This document shows positions 9,694-19,017 of a DNA stretch of 64,000 bases, in pieces. The notes below the pieces were generated by a model. The model had not been told where the DNA came from, did not search any database, and saw only the letters and a list, made by a program, of their open reading frames with translations. The position numbers and the translations under genes are program-made. Source of the DNA: an uncultured delta proteobacterium (GTDB lineage: Bacteria; Myxococcota_A; Polyangia; Polyangiales; Polyangiaceae); NCBI GenBank assembly GCA_963696385.1, contig CAVOKF010000005.1:1408001-1472000 (forward strand). The letters run 5' to 3'. Positions within the stretch are counted from its first letter, which is position 1. Each line of letters starts with the position of its first letter.

Positions 9694-10971
9694 TCAATCG
9701 AGGGTTGTCACGAGCGCCCGCGCCTCGACGATATTGTCCTCGATCGCGCAATAGGTCCAGCGCCCGTATCGCCCGAGCGACCAGACGCCGCGTTCCGCCA
9801 GCCGTTCGGAGATTTGCCTTTGCTCCGCAAGCGACGCCTGCGTGATGTGGACGTATGCGGGGTCCATGACCACCGAATGCTCGGCCACCAGGCGTTGGCC
9901 CTGGACGACGCCTTCGCGTTTCAAGTCGGCCAAGACGCGCTCCCGCACCGTGGCGCGGTCGATGGCCGCGTCTTTCGGAAACCCCACCTCGACGTACAGG
10001 CTCAAGCGATCGGCGTCGAAGATGTTGTCGTACCAGCCGACCCGATAAAACACGGTGGCCTTGTCCGGGTAGTACGTCCAGTGGACGTCGCGATCGCCCT
10101 TTGCGTCGAATCCGAAATTGAAGACCAAGACCTTGTTCCACGCCCAGGTCGAAGGGTCGCGGTCGATCCCGCAGAGTTTCGCGAAACGGTTGAGTGGCGC
10201 GCTCGAGACCAGGCGCTCGAAGCGGATTTGGCGGCGGTTCGTTTGTGCGATTTTGCGATCGAGGTCCACAGCGACCAGCGGCTCGGTGAGCGCGATGGCA
10301 CTCGAGCGGACGGCCGTCGCAATCGCGCGGACGTATTCGATGGCCCCGCCTTGAGGATAAGTGAACGTAGCGTTGTAGCTCGCGTTGTCGGGCCGCTTCA
10401 TGTTGCGCACGACGTCCGTCAAGTCGGCGTAGGGAAAAAAGCGGCCCATCGCATCCTTGTCGAGCGCCGCCAGGTCGCATGCATAAAGCTTCTCGTTGTA
10501 CGGAACGAGGAACCGCTCGCAGATGCCTTTGCCGAACCGGGCGTACAGCATCTCTTTGAAGTTCGTCTCGGGAGCGGGTCGCTCGCGGTCGACGTCGCTC
10601 GATCGCGCGAAGTAGAGGTCGTGGAGGCAGTCGATGAAGTCGTCTTGCGGCAGTTGATGGATGTTCTTCTGAAAGGGAAAATCGACGCGCCGCCCCCGAT
10701 ACGAGATGAACGACTTTCTCCGTATGACCCTCACGTCCTGTCCCGGCATGCGGTCACGCAGCCATCGTTCGATTTCGGCGTGCCGGAAATGAAAGAAGTG
10801 CCCCGAGTAATCCCAGACGAAGCCGTGGCTCTTGACGGTCTTGCACCATCCGCCGATTGCGCTTTCGGCCTCGAGGATCAGGTAGTCGTCATCGCCTCGT
10901 TCCGAGAGAGCCGCCGCCGTTGCGAGTCCGGTCACGCCGGCGCCCACGATGAGGGTGCGGATCGAATCCAT
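9694..10971 (-). CDS. FAD-dependent oxidoreductase (protoporphyrinogen oxidase / UDP-galactopyranose mutase-like)
   Basis: VGAGVTGL, GGWCKT, WDYSGHFF, PYNEKLY, FTYPQGG, GRYGRWTY; GGAGG ribosome-binding site. Confidence 0.75.
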   Translation of the reverse strand: MDSIRTLIVGAGVTGLATAAALSERGDDDYLILEAESAIGGWCKTVKSHGFVWDYSGHFFHFRHAEIERWLRDRMPGQDVRVIRRKSFISYRGRRVDFPFQKNIHQLPQDDFIDCLHDLYFARSSDVDRERPAPETNFKEMLYARFGKGICERFLVPYNEKLYACDLAALDKDAMGRFFPYADLTDVVRNMKRPDNASYNATFTYPQGGAIEYVRAIATAVRSSAIALTEPLVAVDLDRKIAQTNRRQIRFERLVSSAPLNRFAKLCGIDRDPSTWAWNKVLVFNFGFDAKGDRDVHWTYYPDKATVFYRVGWYDNIFDADRLSLYVEVGFPKDAAIDRATVRERVLADLKREGVVQGQRLVAEHSVVMDPAYVHITQASLAEQRQISERLAERGVWSLGRYGRWTYCAIEDNIVEARALVTTLD

Positions 10972-10980
10972 CCATCCTCC

Positions 10981-11000
10981 GTTCCGTTCCGTTCCGTTCC
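10981..11000. repeat. Pentanucleotide tandem repeat (GTTCC)4, GGAAC on the minus strand
   Basis: gttccgttccgttccgttcc directly upstream of the oxidoreductase ribosome-binding site. Confidence 0.9.
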
Positions 11001-11088
11001 TTCCAAGCCGCGCTTCAGAGTTCCGTGTTCGCGGCATCGGCCCTCTAGCGCTTGCGGAATCCGCCGTCTAGAGCACATGTTCGACGCT

Positions 11089-12165
11089 CTAGGCGATGCG
11101 GCGCGCCCTTTGGTAACTGCCGAGGTGCTTTACCATGGGGCAAGTCGCGCGAAGCCGATCGATGCCGCGGATGACATTCGCGTCTTCGCGGTGCCCCTCG
11201 AGCTCGGCGAAGAATACGTAGTCCCAGGGCTTTTCGCGACTCGGTCGTGACTCGATGCGCAGCAGGTTGATCTCGGCTTCGTCGAACACGGTCAGGACGC
11301 GAAGCAGCGCGCCTCGTTCGTGCGCGTCCCGTAGGTTGAAGGCGATCGACGTCTTGTCGTTGCCGGTCCGCGCCGCGTCGATAGAAGAGACGATGACGAA
11401 ACGCGTGAAGTTCTCGGGATGATCTTGGATGCGCTCGCGAAAGACGGGCAGTCCGTAGATCTCGGAAGCGAGCCGGCTGGCGACCGCGGCGCCTTTGGGG
11501 TCCGTCATCGCCTCGCGAACCGCTGTGGTCGTCGAAGGGGATTGCACCAGTTGGGCGCCTCCCACGTTCTTCGCGAGCCACACGCGGCATTGCCCGAGCG
11601 GTTGGGCGTGCGAATAGACGCGCTCGATGGCCGCCAGGCTCGTCGTTCTCGTGAGAAGGCACTGCGACACCTCAAGCTCGAACTCGGCCCGAATGAGAAG
11701 ATCGCCGGCGACGAGCGCGTCGATCGCGTTCGGGACGGATCCTTCCGTCGAGTTCTCGATCGGAAGCACGCCGTCTTGCGCTTGGCGGCGCGCCACCGCG
11801 TCGAACACGCCGTCGAATGTCGTGGCTTCGAGGTAACTCGCGGCAAGGCCGAAGAACGCGCGCGCTGCGGCGTGGGAAAACGTCCCTTCGGGTCCAAGAT
11901 AAGCGACCCGGATCGGCTCTTGCAGAGCGAGACAGGCACTCATCACTTCGCGGAAGACGGCACGGATTGCGTCGGCAGGGAACTTTCCGGCACGCGCCGC
12001 CAGGCGATCGAGCACCAGCCGCTCGCGATCCGGGGCGTATGGGGGTAACCCCGCCAATCGCTTCTCGCGGGCGACGTCCGCCATGACGCGCGCACGGTCG
12101 TCGAGGAGCTCTAGAATGCGGTCATCGATCTCGTCGATGCGGGTTCGCAGTTCGTCCAAGGACAC
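11089..12165 (-). CDS. pheA: Chorismate mutase / prephenate dehydratase (P-protein)
   Basis: LDELRTRIDEID, YLGPEGTFS, PIENSTEG, NFTRF, ACT domain IESRP. Confidence 0.95.
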   Translation of the reverse strand: MSLDELRTRIDEIDDRILELLDDRARVMADVAREKRLAGLPPYAPDRERLVLDRLAARAGKFPADAIRAVFREVMSACLALQEPIRVAYLGPEGTFSHAAARAFFGLAASYLEATTFDGVFDAVARRQAQDGVLPIENSTEGSVPNAIDALVAGDLLIRAEFELEVSQCLLTRTTSLAAIERVYSHAQPLGQCRVWLAKNVGGAQLVQSPSTTTAVREAMTDPKGAAVASRLASEIYGLPVFRERIQDHPENFTRFVIVSSIDAARTGNDKTSIAFNLRDAHERGALLRVLTVFDEAEINLLRIESRPSREKPWDYVFFAELEGHREDANVIRGIDRLRATCPMVKHLGSYQRARRIA

Positions 12166-12361
12166 GCACGAAACCTTAGCGCAGAGCGGCTTGGGGTCCA
12201 TTCCGCAAGACGCGCGAATCAATAAGTGCCATGGCGGGGTCTGAGCGCTGGCGCCCGGCCGCCCGTCGCGGTAACGGCTTCCTGGACGGGCTCTGTTTAC
12301 GGGCGCCACGTGGCCCACGTCTCGCAGAGCTCCCTGTGTCCTGAAAGGAGCGCGTGCACCG

Positions 12362-12877
12362 ATGGCTGAAGGCTTGAACCGTGTGATGCTGCTCGGCAAC
12401 TTGGGGGCGGATCCAGAGCTACGCGTGACGCCGGGCGGTCAGGCTGTCCTCAAGCTCCGACTTGCCACCAACGAGACCTACCTCGACCGCAACAACGTTC
12501 GCCAGGAGAGGACCGAGTGGCACCGTGTGACGATCTGGGGCCGCCGCGCTGAGGCGCTCGGCAAGATTCTGCAGAAGGGCGACCTTCTCTTCGTCGAAGG
12601 GCGATTGCAGACTTCGAGCTACGAGAAAAATGGAGAGAAGCGTTATTCCACGGAGGTCATCGCCAACAACGTCGTCTTGCCCGGCGCGGGGCGAGGGGCG
12701 CGGGGCGAGGGCGGACGCGCCGAGAGCGGGCGTCCCGAGGGCGCCCGCGAAGCGGGGGCCGCTGGGCGTGGGGTTCGCGACACGTCGGACGCTCCGTTCG
12801 ACGAATTCGCCGAAGTCGGGGCGGCGGCCGGATCCGGCGGCCCCACGAGCGGTGGCGACGACGACATCCCGTTTTGA
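12362..12877 (+). CDS. ssb: Single-stranded DNA-binding protein
   Basis: LNRVMLLGNLGADPELR, TEWHRV, C-terminal DDDIPF. Confidence 0.98.
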   Translation: MAEGLNRVMLLGNLGADPELRVTPGGQAVLKLRLATNETYLDRNNVRQERTEWHRVTIWGRRAEALGKILQKGDLLFVEGRLQTSSYEKNGEKRYSTEVIANNVVLPGAGRGARGEGGRAESGRPEGAREAGAAGRGVRDTSDAPFDEFAEVGAAAGSGGPTSGGDDDIPF

Positions 12878-12928
12878 ACGGTCGTCTCTTGCGAGACGCT
12901 CGGCGAGTCGCTACCTTGCTGGGCCGTC

Positions 12929-13174
12929 ATGAAGGAAGGCATCCACCCCGAGTACGGTCCGGCGCGCGTGGCATGCGCCTGCGGCAACGTCTTCGTCACG
13001 CGCTCTACCCACGGGGACATGCAGATCGACGTCTGCTCCGCATGCCATCCGTTTTATACGGGCACGCAAAAGCTCATCGATACCGCCGGCCGGGTCGACC
13101 GCTTTCGGAAGCGTTACGAAAAAAAGGTGCCTGCCGCGAGGGCCCTAGACCCGAAGGCCACTGAGGCCAAGTAG
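12929..13174 (+). CDS. rpmE: 50S ribosomal protein L31 (zinc-binding type)
   Basis: [29 protein letters not shown]. Confidence 0.98.
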   Translation: MKEGIHPEYGPARVACACGNVFVTRSTHGDMQIDVCSACHPFYTGTQKLIDTAGRVDRFRKRYEKKVPAARALDPKATEAK

Positions 13175-13201
13175 CCCGGGCGCGCAAGAGAGCACTCAAC
13201 C

Positions 13202-14311
13202 ATGGCCTCCGAGCAATCGCGTCCGTACATCGGCGGGCAAGCGGTGCTTGAGGGTGTCATGATGAGGGCCCCTGCGGCCTTTGCCGTCGTGGTCCGACGA
13301 CTCGACGGCAGCCTTCACGTGCGAATGCGCGGCATGGCCGACCGGAAGGGCGGCCCCGCACGCTGGCCGTTTATCCGCGGAATCGCTGGCGTCGTCGACT
13401 CGCTCCGTCTCGGGAGCGAGGCGCTACGGTTCAGCGCCGAGCAGATCGAGACGGACTTGGCGGGTCATCCTGGGCGCAGCCCCGGCTTGGGGGTTCTTTC
13501 GGCGCTGGGGTTGACGGTGTTCGCGCTTCTGACGCACGAGGAGGGGGGGCCGGCCGATTGGGCGCCCGCATCGACCCATCGAGCGGGCGCCAGCGGGTTC
13601 GTGATGTTGGCGATTGCCATCGCTTTCTTCGTGGCGCTACCGCAGGGCGCCGCCGCGGCCGCCAACCGAATGTTTCAAATGGGCCTGGAGGTTCAGAGCG
13701 CCTGGTTTCAGGCGATGACCGGGGCTATCAAGCTCCTGGTCGTGGTGAGCTATCTGCTCGTCATCCGGCGCGTGCCGGAGATCCGTCGCGTATTTCAGTA
13801 CCACGGCGCCGAGCACAAGACGATCAGCACCTACGAGGCCGGCCTTGAGCTGACTGTGGAAAACGCCCGACCGAAGACGACCCTGCACCCGCGATGCGGC
13901 ACGACCTTCCTCGTCATGGTGGCGCTCGTATCGATCCTCGTCTTCACGGTGGTCGGTGCCGTGCTTCCCCGAATTCATACGGGAAACGCGCTGTTCGACA
14001 ACGTCGTGTTTTTTGGCGAGAAGTTGCCGTTTTTGCCCGTGCTCGTCGCACTGACCTTCGAGCTCCAACGCCTCTTTGCCAAACGGGCGTCGGGCGGCGC
14101 GTTGCGGGCGCTTCTTTGGCCCGGGTTCTTGGTGCAGCGAATCACGACGGCCGAGCCGGACGACTCCCAGCTCGAGGTCGCTCTTGCCAGTTTGCGCGCC
14201 ACGCTGGCCCGACCGGAGCGAGCTGACGGCGCGTTCAGCGCCGCCGACCGGCGCTATCCGAGCTTCGATGCGCTCGTCGCGGCTCAAGCGTCTGCGCGGG
14301 CGGCCCGTTAG
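13202..14311 (+). CDS. DUF1385 membrane protein
   Basis: IGGQAVLEGVMM, FQYHGAEHK, HPRCGTTF, TTAEPD; usual rpmE-DUF1385-prfA context. Confidence 0.92.
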   Translation: MASEQSRPYIGGQAVLEGVMMRAPAAFAVVVRRLDGSLHVRMRGMADRKGGPARWPFIRGIAGVVDSLRLGSEALRFSAEQIETDLAGHPGRSPGLGVLSALGLTVFALLTHEEGGPADWAPASTHRAGASGFVMLAIAIAFFVALPQGAAAAANRMFQMGLEVQSAWFQAMTGAIKLLVVVSYLLVIRRVPEIRRVFQYHGAEHKTISTYEAGLELTVENARPKTTLHPRCGTTFLVMVALVSILVFTVVGAVLPRIHTGNALFDNVVFFGEKLPFLPVLVALTFELQRLFAKRASGGALRALLWPGFLVQRITTAEPDDSQLEVALASLRATLARPERADGAFSAADRRYPSFDALVAAQASARAAR

Positions 14312-14361
14312 CTGCGACTTGTCGCCACCCGTGCAGCTCGGGCACGGTATGCTTTGGGGCC

Positions 14362-15486
14362 ATGCTTCCGATTGCCAAGCTCGAGCAGCTCGTGCGCCAC
14401 TACGGAGACCTCGAGGAGCTTCTCTGTCGCCCCGACGTCCTCTCGGACCGGCAGAAGCTGAACAAGTTGAACAAGGAGCGGAGCGATCTCGAGGCGCTCG
14501 TTGGGGCATTTGCCCGATACCGCGATCTGGACAAGAGGATTCACGACGACGAAGAGGCGCTCGTCGATCCAGAGTTGCGCGACCTGGCGCAGGCCGAGTT
14601 GCCGGACCTCGTCGGCGCACGCGAACGGCTCGAGCAGTCCATCCAGGCGCTCCTGCTGCCACCCGACCCGCATGACAAGAAGAATACCATTCTCGAGATT
14701 CGCAGCGGCGAAGGCGGCGAGGAGGCAGCCTTGTTCGCCGCGGACATCTTTCGGATGTATGCCCGGTACGCCGAGAACAAGGGGTGGAAGATCGACATAC
14801 TGTCGATGAGCGAGAGCGCGACGGGCGGGATCAAGGAATGCATCGGACTCGTGAGCGGGAAAGACGTGTACTCGCAGCTGCGCTTCGAGGGCGGTGTGCA
14901 CCGCGTGCAGCGCGTTCCTGCCACCGAGCAACAGGGCCGTATTCACACGTCGACGGCGACCGTGGCCGTGCTTCCCGAGGCCGACGAGGTGGACGTGCAC
15001 GTGGACGAGAAAGACCTGGAGATCAGCATCGCCGCGAGCGGCGGCCCGGGAGGGCAGGGCGTCAACACGACAAACAGCGCCGTTCAAGTCCTGCACAAGC
15101 CGAGCGGTATCATCGTCAAGTGTCAAGACGAGCGATCTCAGCTGAAGAACAAGGCAAAGGCACTGAAGGTGCTGCGCAGCCGTCTGCTCGATCTCGAGCG
15201 CGAAAGGCAGGATGCGAACGAAGCGCAAACTCGCCGCAACATGGTATCGACCGGAGAGCGTTCGCAGAAGATCCGGACGTATAATTTCCCCCAGAACCGC
15301 GTGACCGATCACCGCATCCGGCTGACACTCGCGAAGCTCGATCGCGTGATCGAAGGCGATTTGGACGAGCTCGTGACCGCGCTTCGGACGAGCTATCAAG
15401 CCGAGCGCCTGCAGCAAGCAGGGGTGCAGAGCGGGGCGGCGGCCGTCCGTTCGCCGGTTGCGTCGGACGAGGAGACCGAAGGTTGA
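14362..15486 (+). CDS. prfA: Peptide chain release factor 1
   Basis: GGEEAALFA, HRVQRVPAT (PxT motif), GGQ, RTYNFPQNRVTDHR. Confidence 0.97.
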   Translation: MLPIAKLEQLVRHYGDLEELLCRPDVLSDRQKLNKLNKERSDLEALVGAFARYRDLDKRIHDDEEALVDPELRDLAQAELPDLVGARERLEQSIQALLLPPDPHDKKNTILEIRSGEGGEEAALFAADIFRMYARYAENKGWKIDILSMSESATGGIKECIGLVSGKDVYSQLRFEGGVHRVQRVPATEQQGRIHTSTATVAVLPEADEVDVHVDEKDLEISIAASGGPGGQGVNTTNSAVQVLHKPSGIIVKCQDERSQLKNKAKALKVLRSRLLDLERERQDANEAQTRRNMVSTGERSQKIRTYNFPQNRVTDHRIRLTLAKLDRVIEGDLDELVTALRTSYQAERLQQAGVQSGAAAVRSPVASDEETEG

Positions 15487-15930
15487 ATGCGCGCGGCAGT
15501 CGATCGCGATGCCGTCGTCGTGGGTCTGACCCTCGTTCCAGGGCTTATTTCGCGCAATCGGAGCTATGCGCTTTTCGAGGACCCGGAAATGCGGCGCGCG
15601 CGCGTACGCTCGGCTTTGTTGCGCGGCATTGTTCGGCAGCTGTCGGGTGGCCAGGGTCAGGTGGAGGCCGTCGAAGTCGTGTCGCGAACCGGTGGTCGAG
15701 AGCTGCGCTACCGCCTCCCCGGCTTGCGGGTGCACCGGCGCGCCGTGCTGAGCGATGTCGAGTACGCTTGCATCGCCTACTTGGCCGGTCGCGCAAACGT
15801 ATCCGGTCTGCAGGCAAGCGACGAAGACCGGACCCGGATCGACGCCGCGCTGCGCCGCCTTTCAGCGGGGCTGAAGGTGACCGGAATCGATGGGTTCGAG
15901 GATGCGGGTGATCGGACACCGCGGCCCTGA
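15487..15930 (+). CDS. Hypothetical protein
   Basis: Starts right after the prfA stop; fills the operon gap with protein-like composition. Confidence 0.65.
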   Translation: MRAAVDRDAVVVGLTLVPGLISRNRSYALFEDPEMRRARVRSALLRGIVRQLSGGQGQVEAVEVVSRTGGRELRYRLPGLRVHRRAVLSDVEYACIAYLAGRANVSGLQASDEDRTRIDAALRRLSAGLKVTGIDGFEDAGDRTPRP

Positions 15931-15948
15931 TAGGGTCGTAAGACGGCC

Positions 15949-16293
15949 ATGACCTCTTGTCTGTTCTGCAGCATCGTCGCGAGGACCACGCCCGCGGATA
16001 TCGTTTTTGAAGACGATGCCGTGATCGCGTTTCGCGATATCCACCCGGTGGCGCCTGCGCACGCTCTGGTCATCCCCAAGGCACACGTCTCGGGAATCGC
16101 CGACGCGCCAGCCGGTGACGCCGAGGGGCTCGGCCGCGTCCTCCTCGCTGCGCGCGACGTCGCTGTGAACCTCGGACTCGCGGACGGCGGCTATCGGCTT
16201 GTCCTCAACCAGGGGCAGGATGCCGGGCAGAGCGTCTTGCACCTGCACTGCCACGTGATCGGCGGGCGGTCGATGGCGTGGCCGCCGGGCTAA
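15949..16293 (+). CDS. hinT: Histidine triad nucleotide-binding protein
   Basis: CLFCSIV, AFRDIHP, GQSVLHLHCHVIGG, WPPG. Confidence 0.93.
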   Translation: MTSCLFCSIVARTTPADIVFEDDAVIAFRDIHPVAPAHALVIPKAHVSGIADAPAGDAEGLGRVLLAARDVAVNLGLADGGYRLVLNQGQDAGQSVLHLHCHVIGGRSMAWPPG

Positions 16294-16487
16294 TGGACCC
16301 CTAGTGGCCCAGCGAGCGGGCGTTCATGTCGGCCGAAGACGAGACACGGGGTGCACCGGAGAGCGCTGCGCCCGTACATGGGGCGCGCTGTCGGGGGAGG
16401 CGGGTCTACGCAGTGTGTTCTGCGTATCGACCTTGCACGATCGCGGATTCGGGCGAGCGCCTCGAGGGGTGACGCTGACTCGGGCAT

Positions 16488-18131
16488 TTGCCTGCTACCG
16501 TTAGTGGGTTGGTACCCAAGCAGCGAGATCGAGAATCTGCCCGAATCATCGGGCGCTATGTCCTCTACGACGAGATTGCGTCCGGCGGCATGGCGACCGT
16601 TCACTACGGACGTCTCCTCGGTCCGGTCGGCTTCTCGCGCACGGTAGCGATCAAGCGCTTGCGTCCGCAGTTTGCGCGCGACCAGGAATTCGTCGCGATG
16701 TTTGTCGACGAAGCGAGGCTTGCGGCGAGAATCCGGCACCCGAACGTCGTGCCGACACTCGATGTCGTCGCCACCGACGGCGAGCTCTATCTCGTCATGG
16801 ACTACGTGCAGGGCGAATCCCTCTCCCGCCTTCTTCGGGCCTCGCGCGCGAAAGGCTCGATTCCGACCGACGTTGCATCAGCCATATTTTGCGGCGCATT
16901 GCACGGGCTCCACGCCGCCCATGAAGCGACCGACGAACACGGAAAGCCTCTCGGCCTCGTGCATCGAGACGTGAGTCCCCAGAACATCCTCGTTGGCGTC
17001 GAGGGAATCGCACGGGTCCTCGATTTCGGCGTTGCCATGGCCGCAGGCCGCGCCCAAGCGACGGGTCATGGAAGGATCAAAGGCAAGCTAAGCTATCTTG
17101 CGCCCGAGCAAGTCCACGGAATTGCAACCAGGCAAACCGATGTATTTGCAACCGCGGTCGCTCTCTGGGAGGTGCTTACGGGCAAACGTCTTTTCCAGGG
17201 CGACACCCCTAGGCAGATCCTGAGCCAGATCTTGACGACTGAGATCGCTCCGCCGACGTCGCATGCGCCCCACCTGTCGCCGTGGGTCGACGCGATCGTC
17301 ATGCGCGGGCTCGAGAGGGATCCGACCAAGCGGTACGCGACGGCGCGAGACATGGCGATCGATCTCGAAGCCTGTTTGGGTTTGGCGTCGCCGACTCAGG
17401 TGGGCGCATGGGTCGATTCGGTCGCACACGACGCTCTTGTCGGTCGTGCAGCGATCGTCGCCGAGATCGAAAGCGCCTCGTCCCAGTTCCGTGACGTTAC
17501 CTTGTCCGCCCATTTGTCGGGCCCCCCATCGGTCCCCGCCCCCGAATCGGGAATCTCGGTAAACCATCGCAGTGGCGTCTTGCGGTGCGAGTCGTCCGAC
17601 GCCCATTCGCTCTTGCCTCCGCCGCCTTCCGTGGATTCGGTCCCGGGTCCAGCTTCAGGCAGCCGGCGATGGGGTCGCCGCGCGATCGCGCTTGGCTGTG
17701 CCCTCTCGCTCGGGGCCTTGGCGGCAATCGCTCTCTCGCAAGGGCCGCGACGTTTCGCGTCAGCCCACCCGAGTTCGGCGTCCTCCTCAACCGTAACCGT
17801 TCTGTCTGCGGCCTCTGCGGCACCGAGTCTGTCGGGCGCTGCGCCCAGCCCGCCATCCACGGTTGGGCCCGTCATCGGAGGTCCCGATTCCGTCGTGTCC
17901 ATCGCCGCCACGGCGGCCGCCGTCGCTTCGGCTTCGGTGGCCCCAACGCGGCCTCCGGTTCGCGCCGTGGTTGACCGGCAGGCGACTGGAAAGGCCAAGG
18001 CACCTGTCGCCGCGGCACCTGTCGCCGCGGCACCTCTCAGCGCCGACCCGGATTGCGAACCTCCGTATTCGCTCGACGCCCGGGGCCACAAGATTTGGAA
18101 GGACGCATGTTTCCGAAAACGAGACAGGTAG
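16488..18131 (+). CDS. Membrane Ser/Thr protein kinase
   Basis: SGGMATV, VAIK, HRDVSPQN, DFG, YLAPE; one TM helix, Ser/Ala/Pro linker, C-terminal CEPPYSLDARGHKIWKDAC; start approximate. Confidence 0.92.
   Translation: MPATVSGLVPKQRDRESARIIGRYVLYDEIASGGMATVHYGRLLGPVGFSRTVAIKRLRPQFARDQEFVAMFVDEARLAARIRHPNVVPTLDVVATDGELYLVMDYVQGESLSRLLRASRAKGSIPTDVASAIFCGALHGLHAAHEATDEHGKPLGLVHRDVSPQNILVGVEGIARVLDFGVAMAAGRAQATGHGRIKGKLSYLAPEQVHGIATRQTDVFATAVALWEVLTGKRLFQGDTPRQILSQILTTEIAPPTSHAPHLSPWVDAIVMRGLERDPTKRYATARDMAIDLEACLGLASPTQVGAWVDSVAHDALVGRAAIVAEIESASSQFRDVTLSAHLSGPPSVPAPESGISVNHRSGVLRCESSDAHSLLPPPPSVDSVPGPASGSRRWGRRAIALGCALSLGALAAIALSQGPRRFASAHPSSASSSTVTVLSAASAAPSLSGAAPSPPSTVGPVIGGPDSVVSIAATAAAVASASVAPTRPPVRAVVDRQATGKAKAPVAAAPVAAAPLSADPDCEPPYSLDARGHKIWKDACFRKRDR
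17999..18035 (+). repeat. 15-bp in-frame tandem repeat (APVAA) in the kinase linker
   Basis: ggcacctgtcgccgc x2 followed by ggcacct. Confidence 0.85.
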
Positions 18132-19012
18132 CTCCGCGCTCAGGAGTTGGGCCGGCGCTTCTCATCGGTCTTGCTCTTCTGGCGAGATCCCGTCGCGCCG
18201 ACGCCGACGACACGGCAGACTGTATCGCCGCCTCGGAGGCGGCCCAAACGCTACGCGATCAGCGTGCCCTGATCGAGGCGCGAGACAAGCTGTCCATGTG
18301 CGCAAGGGACGTCTGCCCCACTCCCATTCGCGTCGACTGCATCCAGCAGGGGCTCGAGGTGGACGCTGCGACGCCATCGCTTGTGGTGCGCGCGAAGGAC
18401 GCCCACGGCGACGATGCGACCGAAGTCAAAGCCTTCTGCGACGGGACTCTTTTCGCGACCCAGCTCGACGGGAAGTCGCGCGCCGTGGACCCCGGTACGC
18501 ACACGTTCCGCTTCGAAGCAGCCGGCTTGCCCTCCGTCGAACGACGGATTGTCGTCGGCGAAGGCGAAAAGAACCGATTGGTCATCGTCGAGATGGCGCC
18601 CGCGCTTCTGCCGCCGGTGTCGAGTCCGCTTCGCTCAACGCCCACGCGCGAGACACCGAGTTCCAGGGGCCTGCTCGTGCCGGGGTTGGTCGCTGGCGGA
18701 ATCGGCCTCGCGGCAACGGTGCCGATGAGCGTCTTATGGCTCTCGGGGACCCGCGACGTCCACGACATGCGAACGAGCTGCGCCCCCGCCGCGGGCGGGG
18801 CCGGTTGCCCGGCGGACCGCGTCGATTCGGCTCGAACGAAGCTCATTCTCGGAGACGTGTTCATGGGCGTCGCGGCTGCCGGCATCGGCACCGGAACGGT
18901 CCTCGTGCTGCTGCACTCGCCGAGCACGACAAAGGAAGGGGCCGCCGCTGTGGGCCTGCAGGCATGGCCGACGCTCGGCGGCTGTGCCGTGGCTGCTGCG
19001 GGTCGGTTCTGA
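18107..19012 (+). CDS. Exported Cys-containing protein with PEGA-like domain and hydrophobic C-terminus
   Basis: Signal peptide ending ADA; paired Cys; VDPGTHTFRFEA beta domain; ends AAGRF; overlaps the kinase stop. Confidence 0.7.
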   Translation: MFPKTRQVAPRSGVGPALLIGLALLARSRRADADDTADCIAASEAAQTLRDQRALIEARDKLSMCARDVCPTPIRVDCIQQGLEVDAATPSLVVRAKDAHGDDATEVKAFCDGTLFATQLDGKSRAVDPGTHTFRFEAAGLPSVERRIVVGEGEKNRLVIVEMAPALLPPVSSPLRSTPTRETPSSRGLLVPGLVAGGIGLAATVPMSVLWLSGTRDVHDMRTSCAPAAGGAGCPADRVDSARTKLILGDVFMGVAAAGIGTGTVLVLLHSPSTTKEGAAAVGLQAWPTLGGCAVAAAGRF

Positions 19013-19017
19013 ACGGA

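Noticed and set aside
14362..15930. ORF after prfA as prmC
   Set aside because: Too short and lacks the SAM-binding and NPPY motifs; prmC is not in this window.
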